A stretch of 16,858 nucleotides of DNA from Candidatus Heimdallarchaeota archaeon. GTDB taxonomy: Archaea > Asgardarchaeota > Heimdallarchaeia > Heimdallarchaeales > Heimdallarchaeaceae. A model generated the notes under the pieces. The model was not told the DNA's origin. It made no database searches and was given only the letters and a program-made list of their open reading frames with translations. Position numbers and translations under genes: made by a program. The stretch covers positions 1 through 16,858 of the forward strand of contig JAEOTE010000079.1 of the NCBI GenBank assembly GCA_016839945.1, given 5' to 3'. Shown one piece after another: positions 1 to 7,017 of this stretch; within the stretch, counting starts at the first letter, position 1; each line of letters begins with the position of its first letter.

Positions 1-23
1 CTTTAAGGAAAAAACAACTAATC

Positions 24-32
24 TTTTTATAT
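24..32 (+). promoter_or_regulatory. Candidate TATA box of the first gene
   Basis: TTTTTATAT about 30 nt upstream of the ATG at 61; no SD. Confidence 0.45.
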
Positions 33-60
33 TCAAATATTGCTTTGTTTCTGATAAATA

Positions 61-525
61 ATGAAAGAAGAAACTGAAAATTTAGTTAAAGAATTAATGG
101 AGCAAACTTCTACAGCATTTCTAGCAACAAATGATGAGAAAGGAATCCCATTTATTCGAGCAGTTTTTAATCTAAAATGTCCTGAAGATTTTCCACATCC
201 AGCTAAAGTAATTAGTGATTATGATGATGATTCATACACTGTTTATATCTCCACCAATACTTCTTCAATTAAAATGAAACATATAAATGAAAACAATAAT
301 ATCGCTGTTTATTATTCTAAACCAGTTGAAGGAAAAGGGATAATGCTTCAAGGACAAGCAGAGATTATAAAAGATATGGAATTTAAAGAGAAAATTTGGG
401 TTGAAAATTGGACACAATATTATCCAAAAGGTTATACAGATCCTGACTTTACAATGCTAAAAATGAAACCAAAATATCTGAAAGGATGGTATCGAGGTCG
501 CTTTGAACATAGGTTTGAGGATTAA
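61..525 (+). CDS. Pyridoxamine 5'-phosphate oxidase-like / general stress protein 26 family FMN-binding split-barrel protein
   Basis: 154 aa. It has AFLATNDEKGIPFIRAV (LAT..G.P..R), YISTNTSSIKMKHINENNNIAVYY, IMLQGQAEII and W...W..YYP.G.TDPDF, as in GSP26/PNPOx-like proteins. Confidence 0.85.
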   Translation: MKEETENLVKELMEQTSTAFLATNDEKGIPFIRAVFNLKCPEDFPHPAKVISDYDDDSYTVYISTNTSSIKMKHINENNNIAVYYSKPVEGKGIMLQGQAEIIKDMEFKEKIWVENWTQYYPKGYTDPDFTMLKMKPKYLKGWYRGRFEHRFED

Positions 526-609
526 AAGAATATTAAAAGTTATGAAAAACTTTTCAAAACTCTAAGCTGATACGTAAAAGATTAAGAGCTTAATATAATA
601 ATATCGTAA

Positions 610-1812
610 ATGATGAATCAAATTCTTAAAACAAATTCTTTTGAAAATATCTTAGTAAATAAAGCTCAGGGTTCATGGTTTTGGGATATCGATAATAAAA
701 AATATCTAGACCTAACTTCAGGTATGTGGTGCTGTAATTTAGGACATAATCATCCAGATGTAATTCATGCTATTAAGAAACAATTAGATAAAATTATACA
801 TAAAAACACTAGATTCCTTACTCCAACAACACTTGAAGCTGCAGAGTCAATTTTGAATTTCTTTTCTAATGATTATGACAAAATTACTCTTTTAAATAGT
901 GGAAGCGAAGCGATGGAATTTGCTATTGGTTTTGCAAGAAAAGCGACAAAACAACTTGACATTTTATCTCTTAAAGATTCATACTTAGGAGCTTATGGAT
1001 TATCAAAAGAATCATCTTATACATCACAAAAAGCATCAAAACTAAAAATACCTTACCCAATTTGTAATTCAATAAAATGTAACTGTCTTGAAGAATATGA
1101 TTCTCTAATTAATCATATAATAGAAAGCTATGCTCCTAAACTTGCATGTTTTGTTTTGGAGCCAGTTATGGTAAGTGGTGGAATAATTAAACCATGTTCA
1201 AATTTCATCAAGAAACTCTGTAAGATGTTACAAGAAGCAGGAGTTTTGATAATAGTAGATGAAATTACTACAGGATTTGGGAGAGCAGGAAAAAAATTTG
1301 GATACGAATGTCATGATATAAAACCGGATATTATCGTTCTTGGAAAATCATTAGGGAATGGGTATCCTGTTAGTGCTATTATAACATATGCAGATGTAGA
1401 ATCTAAAATTCCACTAAATAAAATGTACTATGCCCAATCGCATCAATTGGATCCTTTAGGTGCTGCAGCTGCTTTATCAGTAATTAAAATATTTAAAAAT
1501 GATAGAATTATTGAAAAAAATCAAAATCAAATAAAAAATTTCAATAACTTCTTTGAAACACTTTCTCATCCTTGCATTCAAGATATAAGATCTTACGGAA
1601 TGACATTTGGAATTCAATTTCAACCATACTCAAATCACTCAACAAAGGATTTAATCCTAAATTTGAAAAACAATCTATTGAAAGAAGGAATAATGGTAGG
1701 AATCAGCTTAGGAAAGGACTTAATCCGATTATTACCACCTTTAAATATCTCTGAAAATGAAATAGAATTCTTTAAACAAAAAACATCTCAGTTACTTAAT
1801 TCATTGGATTAA
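610..1812 (+). CDS. Class-III PLP-dependent aminotransferase; substrate unknown, with some dialkylglycine-decarboxylase-like features
   Basis: YLDLTSGMWCCNLGHNHP, NSGSEAME, EPV..SGG, DEITTGFGRAG, PLP lysine in PDIIVLGKSLGNGYP, and IRLLPPL. Confidence 0.9.
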   Translation: MMNQILKTNSFENILVNKAQGSWFWDIDNKKYLDLTSGMWCCNLGHNHPDVIHAIKKQLDKIIHKNTRFLTPTTLEAAESILNFFSNDYDKITLLNSGSEAMEFAIGFARKATKQLDILSLKDSYLGAYGLSKESSYTSQKASKLKIPYPICNSIKCNCLEEYDSLINHIIESYAPKLACFVLEPVMVSGGIIKPCSNFIKKLCKMLQEAGVLIIVDEITTGFGRAGKKFGYECHDIKPDIIVLGKSLGNGYPVSAIITYADVESKIPLNKMYYAQSHQLDPLGAAAALSVIKIFKNDRIIEKNQNQIKNFNNFFETLSHPCIQDIRSYGMTFGIQFQPYSNHSTKDLILNLKNNLLKEGIMVGISLGKDLIRLLPPLNISENEIEFFKQKTSQLLNSLD

Positions 1813-1888
1813 ATTGATAATCTAGAATGCATTTGCAGATTACAAATATTTTATTTAGAAGTTCAATATATTCGCTATTGTACATACT

Positions 1889-3496
1889 ATGAAACGATTC
1901 CCTTACTTTAAATCAGCTATGGTTAGCATGGGTCTTTTCTCGTCTAGTGTAGCTTGGTCTGCTTATTCCGTTTATGTTCCACTTTTCGCTAGACAGAATC
2001 TTATTGCTCTTATGGGGCAACAACCAATTATTAACACTCTTGTTGGTATAATCATGATCCTTGATAACATTGCTGCACTTTTCATTCAACCTTATATTGG
2101 AGAATTAAGTGATAGAACTTGGATACGTAAATTGGGAAGACGAATGCCTTTTGTTATTATAGGAATTCCCTTAGCGGCTACTTTCTTTGGTCTGATAGGA
2201 ACGTTTCATGATGTGATGTACCTGTTTATAATTGCTATTATTGGATTTAATGTGAGTATGGCTTTCTATAAAACTCCTGTAATGAGTTTATTACCAGATC
2301 ACCTTCCGAAGGAATATAGAAGTCAAGGATCTGGCGTTTTGAATGTAGCAACTGGATTTGCAAACTTAACAGGTTTATTAGTTTCTTCCTATTTCTACAA
2401 ATATCATACTCCAGCATCAGCTTTCTGGATTTTAGGCGCAATAATGATTTTCTGTCTCTTTCTACTTATATTGAATGTTAGGGAAAAGAAAAGTAACGAT
2501 TTTGTAAAACAGGAAGAAAAGGTCAAAATTTTAAAATCTCTTAAAACCATGTTCTCTAAAACAGATAGAACTATTATTCTTATGCTAGTAGCTATCTTTT
2601 TCTTAAATTCTGGGTACTATGTTGGAGAAACATTTCTCAGTAGCTACGTTTCTGTTGTGCTTGGTTTCTCTGACTATGCTGCGGCTGTTATGTTAGGAGT
2701 TTTTATGGGATTTGTTATACTTTCAGCAATTCCAGCGGGTTATCTTGGAAGAAGAATAGGACCCATAAATGCAACTCTTATTGGTATTGGAGGTTTTATT
2801 ATTGGAATAACTCCTGTCACTTGGATTAGCATTAGAAACACAGAGCTCATGAAGAAACTTTTAACTTTAAACTACCTTAATTTAAGCTGGGAAGCGGTTT
2901 TATACTCATTCATTATTGCTGTGGTGGGTTTCTGTTATATCTTGGCATCAATAAATGTAATTGTTGTAATTTGGGATTTAGCACCACAGAAGAGAATTGC
3001 TACCTATACAGGATATTTTTATGTTTTTACTTCCTTAGCAGCTATTGTAAGTCCATTTTTTGCTGGTTTAATCTTTGATTTAGTTGGTTTTATCCGAAAA
3101 GGAACAGGATTAAAAGCATTATTTGTTTATGTTTCTGCTGCTTTTGTAATTGCATTATTATTTGTAACAAGAGTGAAAGCTCATTTAGATAAAGAATGGA
3201 AGAAGGATCTAGAAAGGAGAGAATTAATAAAAGAAGAAAGAAGAGAGATGAGAAAAAAGACAATGCTGCTTGAGACTTTATTATTCGGACAGATTTTAAG
3301 AATCAGAGCAACAAGGAAATTAAAGAGAATGCAAAGAGAAGAGATTCAAGATTTAAGAAATGACTTTGATAGTATAGAAAATGGAACAAAAGAAGAGAAA
3401 GAGAAATTCAAGCGAGAAAGAAAAAAACTCCGAAAAGAACATAAGAAAGAGAGAAGAAGGTTTAGAAAACAGAATATAGAGGAGCAAGAAGACTAG
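1889..3496 (+). CDS. MFS transporter (SLC45 / maltose-sucrose-like) with a long charged C-terminal tail
   Basis: About 12 hydrophobic segments. The motif DNIAALFIQPYIGELSDRT...GRRMPF is typical of SLC45/GPH-like sugar MFS proteins; second-half motif PAGYLGRRIG. The last ~105 aa are E/K/R-rich. Confidence 0.85.
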   Translation: MKRFPYFKSAMVSMGLFSSSVAWSAYSVYVPLFARQNLIALMGQQPIINTLVGIIMILDNIAALFIQPYIGELSDRTWIRKLGRRMPFVIIGIPLAATFFGLIGTFHDVMYLFIIAIIGFNVSMAFYKTPVMSLLPDHLPKEYRSQGSGVLNVATGFANLTGLLVSSYFYKYHTPASAFWILGAIMIFCLFLLILNVREKKSNDFVKQEEKVKILKSLKTMFSKTDRTIILMLVAIFFLNSGYYVGETFLSSYVSVVLGFSDYAAAVMLGVFMGFVILSAIPAGYLGRRIGPINATLIGIGGFIIGITPVTWISIRNTELMKKLLTLNYLNLSWEAVLYSFIIAVVGFCYILASINVIVVIWDLAPQKRIATYTGYFYVFTSLAAIVSPFFAGLIFDLVGFIRKGTGLKALFVYVSAAFVIALLFVTRVKAHLDKEWKKDLERRELIKEERREMRKKTMLLETLLFGQILRIRATRKLKRMQREEIQDLRNDFDSIENGTKEEKEKFKRERKKLRKEHKKERRRFRKQNIEEQED

Positions 3497-4764
3497 TTCT
3501 GTTCTTGAGATTCAAGATATCTACAAACTGATTCATATGCTTCTTTTTCAAGAGTTTTGAGATGAATACTTTCGTTTTTTTCAACAAATTCAAAGATGTA
3601 GTCAAATGTCATTTTATCAATACCAATTTTCTTCAAACCTTTCTCATCCATTTTTGAAATGTCTTCTTTAGTACTATTAATAATCACAGATGCTTGATTT
3701 AATCTATTTATTTCATATTTTGAGCTTTTTATGAAGAAGCTTTTAAGATAGGCAATTCTATATAATATTTCGGTAATCTTAATATTGAAATCAATTCGCC
3801 CCTCTGGAACATATCTCTTTGCAGTATAATCCAACCCTAATTCATATCCCAACTTATAACCTCTAATTTCAGGCCAAATTAAGTTGAATTCTTTAAAAAC
3901 CTCAGTGTCTAAATTACCGTATTTATCTTCATTTCCATACAGCTTAGTGTATTTTGGAAGAAGATCAGGAAAACTCTTTTTTATAGTATTCATAAATTCT
4001 TTCTTATTTCTTCCAGGTTTAAGAGTCAATCCCCAGCAGTAGATAAACTCAGCACCAACTTCCTTAGCTTGGAAATAAATAGCTTCCATATTTTCGTCTG
4101 TATCTCCAATAAAAGGTAAAGTTGGATAGAAATAAACTCCAGAATGAATCCCTTTCTCTCTTAGTTTCTTTATAGCATCGAATCTTTCCTGCGTTGTGCT
4201 AGCTCTTGGTTCAAAAATTTTCTGTGTTTCTTCATCAGCTAAAGTTATGGAAAAGCTTGCGCTAGCATAACTGTCTTCATTTATTTTCTTTAGAAGATCT
4301 AAATCTCGTAAAATTAAATTATTTTTAGTAAGAAATGAAACAGGCATTTTGTAGTCATGTGCAATCTGGAGCAGTTTTCTAGTCATAATAACTTCTTTTT
4401 CAGCAGGTTGATAGACATCACAAACTCCTCCTCCAATAAAAAGCAAATGTTTCTCTGGAGTCTTTGAAGCAGCTGAATCTCGCAGATTTGGAAAATAGTC
4501 TACTAAAGTTGATGTTTTTTCTCTGTTAATAGGAAAAAAACCTTGTTTCTTCAAGTACTGTTCTAATAGTTGAGGTGCATTTCTCTTGACTTTGATTCTC
4601 TCTCCAAAATCATCATGCATGTAATATCCTTCTGCTTTGCCATCACAGTATTTACAATCATGATAGCATCCTTGGTAGGGATTTAGATATGCTTCAGACC
4701 AAGAAAATAGTGATGTTTTTGATGATCTAATCAAGGTTTTAGCATCATATTCTTCAACTATCAT
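3493..4764 (-). CDS. SplB/Rv2578c-like radical SAM protein with a C-terminal helix-hairpin-helix (PolX 8-kDa-like) extension
   Basis: LNPYQGCYHDCKYC (CxxxCxxC), DVYQPAE, LTKNNLILRDLDLL, FEPRASTTQERF and PTLPFIGD are SPL-like family motifs. There is an extra ~95-aa helical C-terminus. Confidence 0.85.
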   Translation of the reverse strand: MIVEEYDAKTLIRSSKTSLFSWSEAYLNPYQGCYHDCKYCDGKAEGYYMHDDFGERIKVKRNAPQLLEQYLKKQGFFPINREKTSTLVDYFPNLRDSAASKTPEKHLLFIGGGVCDVYQPAEKEVIMTRKLLQIAHDYKMPVSFLTKNNLILRDLDLLKKINEDSYASASFSITLADEETQKIFEPRASTTQERFDAIKKLREKGIHSGVYFYPTLPFIGDTDENMEAIYFQAKEVGAEFIYCWGLTLKPGRNKKEFMNTIKKSFPDLLPKYTKLYGNEDKYGNLDTEVFKEFNLIWPEIRGYKLGYELGLDYTAKRYVPEGRIDFNIKITEILYRIAYLKSFFIKSSKYEINRLNQASVIINSTKEDISKMDEKGLKKIGIDKMTFDYIFEFVEKNESIHLKTLEKEAYESVCRYLESQEQN

Positions 4765-4810
4765 TTTATTATCAAAAAGATATTTTTTCAGTATAAGAAT
4801 ATGGTGTAAG

Positions 4811-5401
4811 TCACTTTCCTCTTCTCAAAGGTCTTCTTGCAACACTCATCTGACTTTGCCTAAGTATTTGTCTTACAAGAGAATCAAAAGAATCTACAAC
4901 ATTTTCTCCTAATTTAGCAGATGTTTCAATATAGGGCACTTTATATCCACTCCATTCGCTTAATCTTTTTGCATAATCTTCTCCATACTTCGCAGGAATG
5001 GTGTTATAATCAGAACCTCTTAAATCCACCTTATTGCCTATTAGAACTATTGGGACTTTTTGCATCTTATTGTTTTTATACATTTCAGCAACCCAATTTG
5101 CAAGACTTTCATAAGATTCTGGTCGAGAAAGATCAAAAACAAGTAAAGCTCCTTTGGTACCTCTGTAATAAACTTCTCTAACTACATTAAACCTTGGTTG
5201 TCCTGCTAAATCCCAGATAACCATTGTTATTTTTATGTCATCAACAGTAAGGTAATTTGTTGCAAAATCAGCTCCAAGGGTCATGTTGTAACTAGCTTTG
5301 AAGGTTTCCCCTAGGTAATTTCTTCTGAGAGATGTTTTTCCTACAGCTCCATCTCCTAGCAAAGTTATTTTAAATTGTTTATCTGTCAGATTTAGCACCA
5401 T
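4811..5401 (-). CDS. Rab-like small GTPase (Ras superfamily)
   Basis: G1 GDGAVGKTS, G2 YNMTLGADF, G3 WDLAGQ, G4 GNKVD, G5 ETSAK. RabF-like segments LGADF, YYRGT, LVFDLS. No C-terminal Cys. Confidence 0.93.
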   Translation of the reverse strand: MVLNLTDKQFKITLLGDGAVGKTSLRRNYLGETFKASYNMTLGADFATNYLTVDDIKITMVIWDLAGQPRFNVVREVYYRGTKGALLVFDLSRPESYESLANWVAEMYKNNKMQKVPIVLIGNKVDLRGSDYNTIPAKYGEDYAKRLSEWSGYKVPYIETSAKLGENVVDSFDSLVRQILRQSQMSVARRPLRRGK

Positions 5402-5563
5402 TAATGTCTCTAATTAAGATTCATACAGTTCTTTTATTATATGTATTTTGGTCTGTTAAAACTTTCCAAACTAGATTCTGTGGAGATATTTCCATTTAAA
5501 ACTCGTAGATTATTTTTGTCGGGAATTGTTATATTTTTCTGATAAAAGTTATGTAAGTCAGTA

Positions 5564-6139
5564 TCATTTATGATAAAGTTCCTTAAATTCATTTTCAAGG
5601 ATATCCATTACCAGATCATTTCTATACTCTCCAGCAATAAAAGATGCTTCCCTTCTAACTCCTACTTCTTTGAAACCAAGCTTTTTGTATATATGGATTG
5701 CACTTACCAAGAATTCATATACATGTAGTTCAATTCTGTGAAGGTTTAAGATATCAAAACCTATTTTGAGTAAACATTCCACTGCATCTGTTCCAAAACC
5801 TTTGTTGTGGTTTTCTGGATTGTATATGGCAACACCCATGAAAGCTCCTCTATTGATCTTGTTCACTTTTGTCAAGGAACATACTCCAAGAAAATCATCA
5901 GTCTCTTTATTCATAATCGCAAATATGAAACTCTCTCCTTTTTTTCTTTTTTCAGTTATTTTTTTGACCCACTCTTCTTTTTGTTGAGACGAATCTGGGA
6001 TAAATGCACCTAAACCAATCCTTGTTTCATAAGTATTCCAATGTTTCATCATTAGAGGAACATCAGTTAATTCGATAGCTCTTAACAATACTTTCTCACC
6101 AATAAAAGGGGATTTCTTATGTTGGATAGAAGTCATCAT
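5564..6139 (-). CDS. GNAT N-acetyltransferase, RimJ/RimL family
   Basis: GEKVLLRAIE, acetyl-CoA motif HNKGFGTDA, LNLHRIELHV, YKKLGFKEVGVRRE, GEYRNDLVMDILENEF. Confidence 0.9.
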   Translation of the reverse strand: MMTSIQHKKSPFIGEKVLLRAIELTDVPLMMKHWNTYETRIGLGAFIPDSSQQKEEWVKKITEKRKKGESFIFAIMNKETDDFLGVCSLTKVNKINRGAFMGVAIYNPENHNKGFGTDAVECLLKIGFDILNLHRIELHVYEFLVSAIHIYKKLGFKEVGVRREASFIAGEYRNDLVMDILENEFKELYHK

Positions 6140-6206
6140 ACGTTTAAAAACTTGATACTTAATATGAATTTTTATCAGAACAAAAACAACATCATCATAT
6201 CCCTAT

Positions 6207-6221
6207 AAAAAAATATAATAA
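6207..6221 (+). promoter_or_regulatory. Archaeal BRE/TATA promoter; probably leaderless transcript
   Basis: AAAAAAA-TATATAAA ends 21 nt before the GTG at 6243; no Shine-Dalgarno. Confidence 0.6.
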
Positions 6222-6242
6222 CAGAAATAAAATGTATAACAC

Positions 6243-6710
6243 GTGTCTGAAGCTAGAAAGGTAAATTTGGAAAATGATCTTGTAGAAGGGAATACTAAGA
6301 TTATTGAAGAATTTTGTTTTGACTATTTTCAGAACTGTGAATTTACCTCTGATTATAAAATTGAAGCAGTTTGTCCTGATGGTTTGTTAAAACTCTTCTG
6401 TGGTTATTTCAAAGGTAGATATGGTATTATTGAGATTGAGTTGGTTGGTTTATATCCTGGAGAAATCGAAGAGATTGAGAACTCTCTAATAACTGTCTTA
6501 CAAGAAAGATTAAGAACGATTCCTAAAAGGAATGGACTAGAAAATTTCAACTATGAAATTTCTCAAGGAAGGGTTGAATTACGTTTTTATGCGAGTGAAT
6601 CAGGAAATTGTGATGAAGAGAGGGAGGATATTTTAAATGCTTTACAAGAGCTTTCTCCTGCATTAGAATTCCTTGCAGATTTCTTAAAGAGAAGAAAAGT
6701 AAGGCACTAA
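6243..6710 (+). CDS. Hypothetical acidic alpha/beta protein
   Basis: 155-aa ORF with a GTG start that fills the gap between genes. A strong BRE/TATA element lies ~22 nt upstream. No recognisable catalytic motif. Confidence 0.7.
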   Translation: MSEARKVNLENDLVEGNTKIIEEFCFDYFQNCEFTSDYKIEAVCPDGLLKLFCGYFKGRYGIIEIELVGLYPGEIEEIENSLITVLQERLRTIPKRNGLENFNYEISQGRVELRFYASESGNCDEEREDILNALQELSPALEFLADFLKRRKVRH

Positions 6711-6750
6711 TTCTAGAATAATTAATAAATGCTTTTGGTTTTGATGTTTC

Positions 6751-7014
6751 ATGCGTAGTTTAGGTGTTTGTGGACAGTGTGGGAAGCCAATAGCTCAAGG
6801 AAAGAAAACTTGTGGAGCTACAATGGCAGTCTGTTCTCGATGCAAACTACCTATTCATCCACATTGTCTTGGAGAACACAGATTGATGCACAGAAATCAG
6901 GAACGTGTTGCTCAAAGTTTTAGAGTTTCAGATAATGCTTTCATATCAAAAATAATCTCTTTTGTAAGAACTAAAATTCTTTTTATAAAAGAAGAACCAT
7001 TAACAGAAAGTTAG
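6751..7014 (+). CDS. Small zinc-finger protein (C1/PHD/B-box-like) with a C-terminal amphipathic helix
   Basis: C7-x2-C10...C28-x2-C31-x4-H36-x2-C39-x3-H43-x3-H47, then AFISKIISFVRTKILF. An AT-rich TATA-like box lies ~25 nt upstream. Confidence 0.7.
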   Translation: MRSLGVCGQCGKPIAQGKKTCGATMAVCSRCKLPIHPHCLGEHRLMHRNQERVAQSFRVSDNAFISKIISFVRTKILFIKEEPLTES

Positions 7015-7017
7015 TTT

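Noticed and set aside
4811-5401. Eukaryotic contamination or origin of the Rab-like gene
   Set aside because: No introns or prenylation motif, similar AT-rich composition, and tight packing among prokaryotic genes.
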